From positions 1-64,000 of the forward strand of contig CACZYB010000004.1 of the NCBI GenBank assembly GCA_902785275.1: DNA of 64,000 nucleotides, written 5' to 3'. Below, piece by piece: positions 8,260 to 16,527 of this stretch (the stretch's first letter is position 1; every line of letters begins with the position of its first letter). The DNA comes from an uncultured Pseudomonadota bacterium. Lineage in GTDB: Bacteria > Pseudomonadota > Alphaproteobacteria > Rs-D84 > CACZYB01. Position numbers and translations under genes: made by a program. The notes beneath the pieces were generated by a model that did not search any database, had not been told where the DNA came from, and saw only the letters and a program-made list of their open reading frames with translations.

Positions 8260-8649
8260 ATGAAAGTATCATCAGTAATTGCTTTTATAATGACAATTTT
8301 AATAGGAGAAAGTGCAATGGCTATAACAGTGAATATTTATTATACAGGTGAAAACGGAAATGCTCGTAAATTTGCCGAAGAAATGGAACAAAGTGGTACA
8401 ATTGCAGCTATTCGTGCAGAAGAAGGAAATATAAAATATGAATATTTTTATCCTAAAAATGATCCAGAAACAATTTTATTGATTGATAGTTGGGACAGTC
8501 AAGAGGCTATTGATAAACATCATGCAACACCGATGATGGATAATATTACAGAATTACGTAATAAATATAATTTGCATATGAAAGTTGAACGTTATATTGA
8601 AGATACAAATGGAATACCAGAAAAGGATAAAAACTTTATTAAGAACTAA
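8260..8649 (+). CDS. Antibiotic biosynthesis monooxygenase (ABM) / putative quinol monooxygenase family protein
   Basis: IRAEEGNIKYEYF, ILLIDSW..QEAIDKHHATPMM motifs; short leader before MAITVNIYY. Confidence 0.85.
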   Translation: MKVSSVIAFIMTILIGESAMAITVNIYYTGENGNARKFAEEMEQSGTIAAIRAEEGNIKYEYFYPKNDPETILLIDSWDSQEAIDKHHATPMMDNITELRNKYNLHMKVERYIEDTNGIPEKDKNFIKN

Positions 8650-8658
8650 AAAATATTA

Positions 8659-9768
8659 ATGTTTGAGTATAAAATGGGAATGTGGATTGTAATAATGTTT
8701 GTTGGTTTGTTTTTTACTACAGTATCTTTACTGTACTTAAAAAGCATGGTTAAAAAATTTTTGCCAGTTAATGTTAAGAATAAATCTTTGATAAGTTCAT
8801 TGATAGTTGTTTCAATATTTAGTGTTATTGGAATTTCTCTAAATTTCATAAATGCAATAATTTGTGCAATATATTTTGCAATGATTTGGTGCATTTGTGA
8901 TTTAGTATTTGGCAGAATAAAAAAGTCATATAAACATTATTACGCAGGATGGGTTGCAACTATTTTAAGTAGTATTATCCTTTCTTGTGGTTGGTATTTA
9001 GATCATAATGTATGGAAGACTGAATATAACATTACTACACAAAAGAATGTTCAAAATCTTAAAGTTGCAATGTTTGCTGATTCACACTTAGGAACAACCT
9101 TTAATGCCGATGGATTTGCAAAACATCTTGAAACTATTGCATCAGAAAAACCTGATATATTGGTTATTGCAGGTGATTTTGTAGATGATGATACTACAAA
9201 AGAAGATATGTTAAAAGCAGTAAAGTATTTAGGTAAATTTAAAACTAAATATGGAATATATTTTGCTTTTGGTAATCATGACAAAGGATATTATGGGCCT
9301 GTTTATCGTGGATTTAGTGGACAAGATTTGATAAGTGAACTTGAAAAAAACAACATAATAATTTTACGAGATGAAATAAAAACTATTGCTGATAAGTTTT
9401 ATATTATAGGTAGAAAAGATTATTCGGTTGAACGTGAACAACATGGTAATCGTAAATCAATGTATGAACTTGTTAAAGGATTGGATAATAACAAGTATAC
9501 TATTGTTGTAGATCATCAACCAACAGATTATGAAAATCAAACAAAGTCAAATGTTGATTTAGTTTTATCTGGCCATACTCATGGTGGTCAACTTTTCCCA
9601 TTTAATAGTGTTGGAAAATGGATTGGCGCAAATAATTTGGTTTATGGACATGAAAAGAAAAACATTACTGATTTTATTGTAACTTCCGGTATTTCTGATT
9701 GGACAATAAAATTTAAAACAGGTACAAAGTCTGAATTTGTAATTATTAATATTAAGAAAGGAATATAA
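8659..9768 (+). CDS. Membrane-anchored calcineurin-like metallophosphoesterase (YkuE/YaeI-like)
   Basis: N-terminal TM helices; DSHLG, GDFVD, GNHD, HQP and SGHTHGGQ motifs. Confidence 0.9.
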   Translation: MFEYKMGMWIVIMFVGLFFTTVSLLYLKSMVKKFLPVNVKNKSLISSLIVVSIFSVIGISLNFINAIICAIYFAMIWCICDLVFGRIKKSYKHYYAGWVATILSSIILSCGWYLDHNVWKTEYNITTQKNVQNLKVAMFADSHLGTTFNADGFAKHLETIASEKPDILVIAGDFVDDDTTKEDMLKAVKYLGKFKTKYGIYFAFGNHDKGYYGPVYRGFSGQDLISELEKNNIIILRDEIKTIADKFYIIGRKDYSVEREQHGNRKSMYELVKGLDNNKYTIVVDHQPTDYENQTKSNVDLVLSGHTHGGQLFPFNSVGKWIGANNLVYGHEKKNITDFIVTSGISDWTIKFKTGTKSEFVIINIKKGI

Positions 9769-9769
9769 A

Positions 9770-11530
9770 ATGTACGATATTTTAAAAACAATAAATTCAC
9801 CATTAGATTTAAAAAAACTAAACTCTAATCAGTTAGAAGTTTTAGCATCAGATGTTAGAGAAGCATTATTTAATCGTCTAACTAAAATTGGAGGTCATTT
9901 TGGTCCTAACTTCGGTATTGTTGAAACAGAAATAGCAATGCATTATGTGTTTGAATCACCAAAGGATAAATTTGTTTTTGATGTATCTCATCAAAGCTAT
10001 ACTCATAAAATGCTTACTGGTCGAAGAAATGGATATATTGATGATAATTGCTTTAAGGAAGATTCTGGTTATACAAATCCAGAAGAAAGTGAACATGATT
10101 TATTTAATATTGGACATACATCAACATCTATATCTTTAGCATCAGGACTTGCAAAAGCTCGTGATTTAAAAGGTGAAAAATATAATGTTATAGTGTTAAT
10201 TGGAGATGGTTCACTCTCTGGTGGTGAAGCATTAGAAGCTCTTAATTTTGTTAGTTCAGATTTAAAATCAAACTTTATTATTATTGTAAATGATAATCAA
10301 CAATCTATTGCTGAAAACCATGGTGGGTTATATCAAAATTTAACTGAATTACGTGAAACAAAAGGAAAATCAGAAAATAATTTCTTTAAAACTTTAGGTT
10401 TGGATTATATATACGAAGAAAATGGAAATGATATACAATCTTTGATAAAGGTTTTTGAAAAAGTAAAGAATATAGATCATCCTGTTGTTGTTCATATAAA
10501 TACTCAAAAAGGTAAGGGATATAAACTTGCTGAAATAGATAAAGAAATATGGCATTGGCATATGCCATTTGATAGAGAAACTGGAAAAACAAGTATTTCT
10601 TTTTCTGGTGAAAGTTATACAAGTTTAACATCTCAATACATTATGGATAAAGCAAAACAAGATAAAGATTTTGTAATAATTACTCCTGCTATGCCAATGA
10701 CAGCTGGATTATCACAAGATTTACGTGAAAAACTTGGAAATCAATATGTCGATACAGGTATTGCTGAAGAACACGCTGTTGCTTTTGCTTCTGGAATTGC
10801 TAAAAATGGAGGAAAACCATTATTGGTAACAAATGCAACTTTTATACAACGTTCTTATGATCAGATTTCTCAAGATGTTTGTATTAATAATAATCCAGTA
10901 ACAATTTTACTTAATTGTTCATCATTTGATAGTTTAACAGATGTAACACATTTGGGAATTTTTGCAATTTCTGCATTTTCTAATATTCCTAATTTAGTAA
11001 TGTTGGCTCCTACTTCAAAAGATGAATATTTAAATATGCTTGATTGGTCTGTTGAACAAAAAGATCATCCAGTTATGATTTTGATGCCAGGTAATGCAGT
11101 AACATCTCGTAATACAGAAAATAATTTTGATAAAATTAATACCTTTAAAATGGAACAATTTGGTGAAAAAGTTGCCATATTAGCATTAGGCGATTTTTAT
11201 CAAAAAGGTGAAGAGTTATCAATTCAAATTGAAAATACTTTTGGTTTTAAACCTACATTAATTAATCCAAGATTTGCAAATGGATTGGATCAAAAAATAT
11301 TAAAAGATTTACAAAAAAATCACAATCTTGTTATTACATTAGAAGATGGTGTTTTAGATGGTGGATTTGGAGAAAAGGTTGCAAATTTTTATTCTACAAG
11401 TGACATGAAAGTTAAAACCTATGGTCTTAAAAAAGAATTTTATGATCGTTATAATCCACAGGAACTTTTAAAACAACTTGGTATGACAACAGAGCAGATT
11501 ATTAATGATATAAACAATTTAATTAAGTAA
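9770..11530 (+). CDS. DXS-family ThDP-dependent enzyme (atypical 1-deoxy-D-xylulose-5-phosphate synthase homolog)
   Basis: GGHFGPN, FDVSHQSYTHKMLTGR, GHTSTS, GDG...NDN ThDP motif, GIAEEHAV, TFIQRSYDQ, LEDG; acceptor-phosphate residues are substituted (see findings). Confidence 0.88.
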   Translation: MYDILKTINSPLDLKKLNSNQLEVLASDVREALFNRLTKIGGHFGPNFGIVETEIAMHYVFESPKDKFVFDVSHQSYTHKMLTGRRNGYIDDNCFKEDSGYTNPEESEHDLFNIGHTSTSISLASGLAKARDLKGEKYNVIVLIGDGSLSGGEALEALNFVSSDLKSNFIIIVNDNQQSIAENHGGLYQNLTELRETKGKSENNFFKTLGLDYIYEENGNDIQSLIKVFEKVKNIDHPVVVHINTQKGKGYKLAEIDKEIWHWHMPFDRETGKTSISFSGESYTSLTSQYIMDKAKQDKDFVIITPAMPMTAGLSQDLREKLGNQYVDTGIAEEHAVAFASGIAKNGGKPLLVTNATFIQRSYDQISQDVCINNNPVTILLNCSSFDSLTDVTHLGIFAISAFSNIPNLVMLAPTSKDEYLNMLDWSVEQKDHPVMILMPGNAVTSRNTENNFDKINTFKMEQFGEKVAILALGDFYQKGEELSIQIENTFGFKPTLINPRFANGLDQKILKDLQKNHNLVITLEDGVLDGGFGEKVANFYSTSDMKVKTYGLKKEFYDRYNPQELLKQLGMTTEQIINDINNLIK

Positions 11531-11545
11531 CGAAAGGTAATATAA

Positions 11546-12112
11546 ATGAAGAAAGATATAAGTAAAAGTTTAATTATGGCTCCAATGCCTGTATTAATCA
11601 TTGGAACTTATGATGAAAATGGAATTCCAAATGCAATGAATGCTGCATGGGGTGTGCAATCTGATTACGAACAAATCACCATATTCCTTGGTAAGCATAA
11701 AACCACCGATAATTTACAAATCAACAATGGCTTTACCGTAGCTTTTGCAACAAAGGAAACTATGATTGCATCAGATTATTTCGGTATGGAAACTGGTGCA
11801 AGAATTAACAAGATTGAAAAAGCAGGTATTACTGCAACAAAGTCAAAACACGTCAATGCTCCAGTATTTGAGGAATATCCTGTAACAATAGAATGTGAAA
11901 TTGCCGATATGGTTGAAGAAACAGATGGTTATCGTTTGGTTGGTCAGGTCGTAAATGTGATTGCAGATGAAAAAGTACTTGATGCAAAAGGCAATATTGA
12001 TTTAGGTAAAATGAATATTCTTTGCTACGACAGCGCCTCCCATTCTTATCGTGAAATTGGAAACATTGTTGGCCAGGCTTTCCATGCAGGATTAGCAATC
12101 AAAAATAAATAG
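11546..12112 (+). CDS. Flavin reductase / flavoredoxin family protein
   Basis: PMPVLIIGTYDENGIPNAMNAAWG, SDYFG, VNAPVFEEYPVTIEC motifs. Confidence 0.88.
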   Translation: MKKDISKSLIMAPMPVLIIGTYDENGIPNAMNAAWGVQSDYEQITIFLGKHKTTDNLQINNGFTVAFATKETMIASDYFGMETGARINKIEKAGITATKSKHVNAPVFEEYPVTIECEIADMVEETDGYRLVGQVVNVIADEKVLDAKGNIDLGKMNILCYDSASHSYREIGNIVGQAFHAGLAIKNK

Positions 12113-12116
12113 CAAT

Positions 12117-12144
12117 AGGGGTGTGTGAAACACCCTTTTATTTT
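12117..12144 (+). terminator. Intrinsic terminator of the ABM-to-flavin reductase operon
   Basis: gggtgt-gtgaa-acaccc hairpin followed by a T-rich tract. Confidence 0.7.
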
Positions 12145-12225
12145 ATATTGAAAATATGGCATATAATTGATAAAATATACGTATAAAAAGAATTAATAGC
12201 TAAAGATTTGAAGGAGAATATGTAA

Positions 12226-12546
12226 ATGAAAAAGATTTTATCTATAATTTGTTTTTGTCTGATTTGTTCAAATGCTAATGCTTTTGAATCAAAATATAAA
12301 AGTATGGTTGAAGAACCAGGAGATGTTATTTGGGCAGAATGTGAAAATAGAATCGAAAAAAATGAAAGAACTGGAAGTATATGTTTATGTACTTATTATG
12401 TGTTTCAAGCAAAAAAAGGTGGTTTTATGAATACACTATATTTCTTGGAGGAATCATCAGAACAAGATTTTTATAATGTTTTGGATGCTAGTATCAAGAA
12501 ATGTGAAATAGAAACAAGAGATATGAAATCTGGAGTATCTTTGTAA
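12226..12546 (+). CDS. Hypothetical secreted protein with four Cys in the mature part
   Basis: RBS AAGGAG, signal peptide ending ANA|F. Confidence 0.65.
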   Translation: MKKILSIICFCLICSNANAFESKYKSMVEEPGDVIWAECENRIEKNERTGSICLCTYYVFQAKKGGFMNTLYFLEESSEQDFYNVLDASIKKCEIETRDMKSGVSL

Positions 12547-12708
12547 AAAAAGTAGAAATGTTTAGATTGTTTACATATAATAATTTTTTTAGCAGGAATA
12601 TATGTTATAAAACAAATATATCTTTGTGTAGAGAAAAGAATATTATGAAAATGGAAAATTTAAAAATTCTCATTATGTTTCTAGATAAAAATTTTAGGTA
12701 AGTGATTT

Positions 12709-13215
12709 ATGGTCGAAGAAATTGTATTGAAATCTGCTTGTATAATAAATAATCGTGATTACTTAGATTATTTATCCGCTTTAGGACCAACAATTGCTGC
12801 ATTTTTTGCATTTTTTGTTGCTTTAAGACAAACTCGTATTAGCAAACAGCAAAAAAATTTAGAACTTTTGAAATTAAGATTAAAACATAAACAAAATTTT
12901 ATATCTATCTTATCAAAATTAATGAAAACAGCAATATCTGTAAATGAAACAAATATATCAGAATCTCAAAGTAATATTCTGGCAAATATTTCTTTGTTAA
13001 TAGATGTTGTCTCTGAAGGAAAATATTTATTTAATGAAGAAGTATTTGAAAATGAAAATAAGATTCTTTTTGCATTTCATAATTTTTGTGATACATTAAA
13101 TAATAGTAATTTTAATGAAATAGAAAATAAGAAAAAATTATTTAATAATTTTATAAATGATATTGATAAAATAAAAAATCTACAAGACAAAATTTTAAAA
13201 GAAACACAAATATAA
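12709..13215 (+). CDS. Hypothetical single-TM protein of mobile-element type
   Basis: One TM helix followed by RQTRISKQQKNLELLKLR and a helical C-terminus; very AT-rich. Confidence 0.6.
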   Translation: MVEEIVLKSACIINNRDYLDYLSALGPTIAAFFAFFVALRQTRISKQQKNLELLKLRLKHKQNFISILSKLMKTAISVNETNISESQSNILANISLLIDVVSEGKYLFNEEVFENENKILFAFHNFCDTLNNSNFNEIENKKKLFNNFINDIDKIKNLQDKILKETQI

Positions 13216-13218
13216 TAA

Positions 13219-13689
13219 ATGATTAAAGTTCTCTTTGTTTGTCTTGGGAATATTTGTCGGTCGCCTATGGCACAGTTTGTGTTTCAACATATGGTGGATG
13301 AGGCTGGACTTACTCATTTGTTTGAAATTGATTCCGCTGGGACAGAAAGTTATAACGAAATAAATCACGCCGGTATTCACTATGGCACACGTGATATTTT
13401 GACCGAGATGAAGGTACCTTTTGTTGAACATTATTCCCGCCAAATTCGGAAATTCGACTATGAAAAATTCGACTATATTATTGCGATGGATGAGAGTAAT
13501 GTGGAGGATATTCATGCGTTGATTGGTGCGGATAAAGATCACAAAATCAGCCTTTTTCTAGACTATACTTCACACCCAAGAAAAATCAAAAATCCATGGT
13601 ATACCGGCAACTTCGATGAAACATATTGGGATGTTTACGAAGGTTGTCAATGCTTCTTGGAATATCTTAGAAGAGAAGGGAAAATATAA
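13219..13689 (+). CDS. Low-molecular-weight protein-tyrosine-phosphatase family protein
   Basis: P-loop VCLGNICRSPMA, DSAGT, FDYIIAMD; DPWY motif reads NPWY. Confidence 0.9.
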   Translation: MIKVLFVCLGNICRSPMAQFVFQHMVDEAGLTHLFEIDSAGTESYNEINHAGIHYGTRDILTEMKVPFVEHYSRQIRKFDYEKFDYIIAMDESNVEDIHALIGADKDHKISLFLDYTSHPRKIKNPWYTGNFDETYWDVYEGCQCFLEYLRREGKI

Positions 13690-13832
13690 ATAATTATAAC
13701 TAGACCGAAATCTAAATCAGATATTGGATAAATGTGAAGAAATAAAAAACAATTGTGTCCTACTTAAATTATTATTGAAAACATCTGAAATTTTGTTAAA
13801 GTTTAGTTATTCTTTTGTAAGAGATGTATAAA

Positions 13833-14707
13833 ATGCATGATATTTGGAACCCATGGCATGGTTGCATAAAAAAGAGTGAAGGCTGTCAACATTGCTTTAT
13901 GTATTTTTTTGGATAGGTAACGAAATGTTGATGGATCTAAAATATACCGTGTTAAAAAACAACTTTGATTACCCTTTACACAAAAACGTTGATGGTTCGT
14001 ATAAAATTAAAAGTGGTGAATGTTTACGTGTGTGCTTAACTTCGGATTTCTTTTTGGAAGAAGCAGATGCATGGTGTGATGAAGTGTGGAATATTATCAA
14101 AAAACGCCCAGATATCGGATTTTATCTTTTAACTAAACGACCAGAAAGAGTTGTCGAGTGTTTACCGAAAGATTGGAGAGATGGTTGGGATAATGTGTTT
14201 TTTTCTGTAACGGCGGAAAATCAGTTAAGAGCAGATGAACGCTTGCCAATTTTAATAGATTTACCTTTCAAACATAAGGGGGTAATGACAGCACCGTTTA
14301 TCGGACAAATCAGTTTACAAGAATGGCTTAAAACGGGACAAATAGAACAAGTAGTAGCTGGTGGTGAAAATTACGATGGTAGCAGAGTTTTAAAATATGA
14401 ATGGGTAAAATCTCTTTATGAAGAATGTAAAGCGAATAATGTGATGTTTTGTTTTATAGAAACAGGAACAAAGTTTGAAAAAAATGGCAAAATTTATACT
14501 ATGTCAAACAAAAGATTACAAAGCAAAATGGCATATAAGTCTGGTTTACAGTTTGAAGGAAAGCCTATTAAATGGAATTTATATAAACCTCAAAATGAAC
14601 TTTTTGATGATGGGTGGTATCAAAAACATTGGCGAAAGAACTGTGAAACTTGTGGTTCAAGACTTATTTGTAACGGTTGTTCAGATTGCGGTGAATGTGA
14701 GAAATAA
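13833..14707 (+). pseudogene. DUF5131 radical SAM-type pseudogene, paralog of 2855-3745
   Basis: ATG 13833 MHDIWNPWHGCIKKSEGCQHCFMY; +1 slip in the T-run 13904-13910, TAA at 13918-13920 where the paralog has Gln, second +1 slip in the A-run near 13954-13959; the rest is collinear with the intact copy. Confidence 0.88.
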
Positions 14708-14914
14708 GTGGATACAACAACAATTTTAAAACTCTAAGTAATAAAAATATGACATATTGTAATCGACCTTTCTAAAACCTTTATTTTCTGCCAATTATAG
14801 TGATGTTGGCAAGGTTAGAAAGTTGTGTTTTTTGCTACCCCATCCAGCAAGATACAAATTAGATTTTTTTAAAGTCAAAGATGTCTGCGATTTTAGAAAA
14901 GTTAGGAAATTGGT

Positions 14915-14931
14915 GCTGTAGACCTCACCAA
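14915..14931 (+). repeat. Degenerate attR: partial copy of the tRNA-Arg 3' half
   Basis: GCTGTAGACC-TCACCAA matches tRNA 5962-5971 (GCTGTAGGCC) joined to 5994-6000 (TCACCAA). Confidence 0.6.
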
Positions 14932-14935
14932 GTTC

Positions 14936-14966
14936 AAAAAGCCGGCTAATGCCGGTTTTTCTTTTT
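14936..14966 (+). terminator. Intrinsic terminator (possibly the original tRNA-Arg terminator)
   Basis: aaaaaGCCGGC-taat-GCCGGTttttcttttt. Confidence 0.7.
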
Positions 14967-15033
14967 GAATTTTATTTTCCTTGCAAGTAGTTTTTATGGG
15001 AGTAAAATATCTATGAGAGAAAAGAAATTAAAA

Positions 15034-15612
15034 ATGAAAAAATATGTTATATTACTTTTGTTAAATATGTTTACATTATCATGTTTAGCAGATACAAGTA
15101 TTAATGAAAAAAAATATTTAATCATAAATTATTCAAAGGCTTTTGGAAGAGGTGGAGGAAGTATGGTTTCTTTATCTGATTTATCTTACAAAAGGAATTA
15201 TGAGGATAAAAGAATAGAAAGTATTAATTATTATTCAGAGGTAGATTGTAGTAACAAAATTAGTAATTATATAAAAGAAGAAATATCAAGTGATACGGAA
15301 AACGGAAAAACTTTTATATATTATTATACCCCAGACATTTATACAGTGTATTTTTGTATTGAAAAAAACATTTGGAATAGCATTTACGAAAATAAAAAAT
15401 TAATTGAAGAAGATAAACAAGATGATGATTATTATGTTGGTCAAGAAAATGTTTACAAAGATTTAGATGATTTTACTGAGAAAATGAAAAAGTGTGGGTT
15501 AATGCATAAAATTGATGCAGATTATTTACCAATACCAGAAACTCCAGTTATTTGTGATAAATATAATGAAAACAATCCAATTCCAACCAAAAAAATAAAG
15601 AATTTTTATTAG
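15034..15612 (+). CDS. Hypothetical exported protein, paralog 1
   Basis: Signal peptide MKKYVILLLLNMFTLSCLA; C-terminal half about 96% identical in DNA to the next gene. Confidence 0.75.
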   Translation: MKKYVILLLLNMFTLSCLADTSINEKKYLIINYSKAFGRGGGSMVSLSDLSYKRNYEDKRIESINYYSEVDCSNKISNYIKEEISSDTENGKTFIYYYTPDIYTVYFCIEKNIWNSIYENKKLIEEDKQDDDYYVGQENVYKDLDDFTEKMKKCGLMHKIDADYLPIPETPVICDKYNENNPIPTKKIKNFY

Positions 15613-16215
15613 ATTTATTGGGGAAATAATATGAATAAAAAAACTTTAATATTAATAATTTGTAGTATATTCTTATTTTCGTGTTTTGTTAATGCAAGTA
15701 ATGATAATGAAAAAAAATATATAATTGCGAATTTCGAAATTGGATTCGGAAATGGAGGAAGTAGTGGTGTATCCATAGAAAGATCGGAATTTACAGAAAA
15801 TGAAGAAGAAAAAAAAATAGAAAATATAAACTATTATACAAAAAATAATTGTGTAAAAAAGATCAATGACTATTTAAATAAAACAAATGTTAAGAATTCT
15901 GAAATTGGAAAAACTTTTATATATGATTATACCCCAGACATTTATACAGTGTATTTTTGTATTGAAAAAAACATTTGGAATAGCATTTACGAAAATAAAA
16001 AATTAATTAAAGAAGATAAACAAGATGATGATTATTATGTTGGTCAAGAAAATGTTTACAAAGATTTAAATGATTTTACAGAAAAAATGAAAAAGTGTGG
16101 TTTGATGCATAAAATTGATGCAGATTATTTACCAACACCAGAAACTCCAGTTATTTGTGATAAATATAATGAAAACAATCCAATTCCAAGCAAAAAAATA
16201 AAGGATTTCTTCTAG
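15304..16215 (+). repeat. 309-bp direct repeat (15304-15612 and 15907-16215)
   Basis: About 13 mismatches counted by eye over 309 bp; offset 603. Confidence 0.9.
15631..16215 (+). CDS. Hypothetical exported protein, paralog 2
   Basis: Signal peptide MNKKTLILIICSIFLFSCFVNA; shares the EKKY.I.N...FG.GG motif and the C-terminal half with paralog 1. Confidence 0.78.
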   Translation: MNKKTLILIICSIFLFSCFVNASNDNEKKYIIANFEIGFGNGGSSGVSIERSEFTENEEEKKIENINYYTKNNCVKKINDYLNKTNVKNSEIGKTFIYDYTPDIYTVYFCIEKNIWNSIYENKKLIKEDKQDDDYYVGQENVYKDLNDFTEKMKKCGLMHKIDADYLPTPETPVICDKYNENNPIPSKKIKDFF

Positions 16216-16227
16216 GTTTATTGATTT

Positions 16228-16480
16228 ATGAATAAGTTTGGTTTTTATTTTACTGCTTTTATATCTTTAGCTACAAGTGTAAATGCTCAGGTGGCGGAGG
16301 ATATTCAGGTTCTTTTGGGGCGGATGTAAAACATAAAATTCATTTACTTTTGGATTACACATCCCATCTACGAAAGATAAAAAATCTGTGGTACACCGGT
16401 ATTTTAATGAGACTTATTGAGATGTAGTTGATGGTTGCGAATCTTTTTTGAAATACCTACAATCCGAAGGGAAAATTTAA
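16228..16480 (+). pseudogene. Chimeric relic: signal peptide fused to the C-terminal fragment of a second LMW-PTP
   Basis: MNKFGFYFTAFISLATSVNAQ, then with two 1-nt deletions and one TGA: AEDIQVLLGADVKHKIHLLLDYTSHLRKIKNLWYTG-FNETY*DVVDGCESFLKYLQSEGKI*, collinear with the C-terminus of 13219-13689. Confidence 0.82.
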
Positions 16481-16527
16481 TAACTTATTCCGCATCGTTT
16501 TCTTTATATAAAAAATTGGGAAATGGC

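Larger units (their letters stand above)
6000..14931. mobile_element. Decayed genomic island integrated at tRNA-Arg(CCT), no integrase left
   Basis: Starts at the tRNA 3' end with an IHF consensus site and an excisionase-like HTH gene; carries accessory and pseudogene cargo; ends at a degenerate tRNA 3' copy (14915-14931) followed by a terminator. Confidence 0.7.

Noticed and set aside
15304-16215. Diversity-generating retroelement template/variable repeat pair
   Set aside because: Mismatches are not adenine-specific (T/G, G/T, T/C and C/G occur), both copies are coding, and no reverse transcriptase is in the window
16418-16420. TGA at a Trp position as evidence for genetic code 4
   Set aside because: It lies in a relic with two other frameshifts; core genes are full length under code 11 and use TGG
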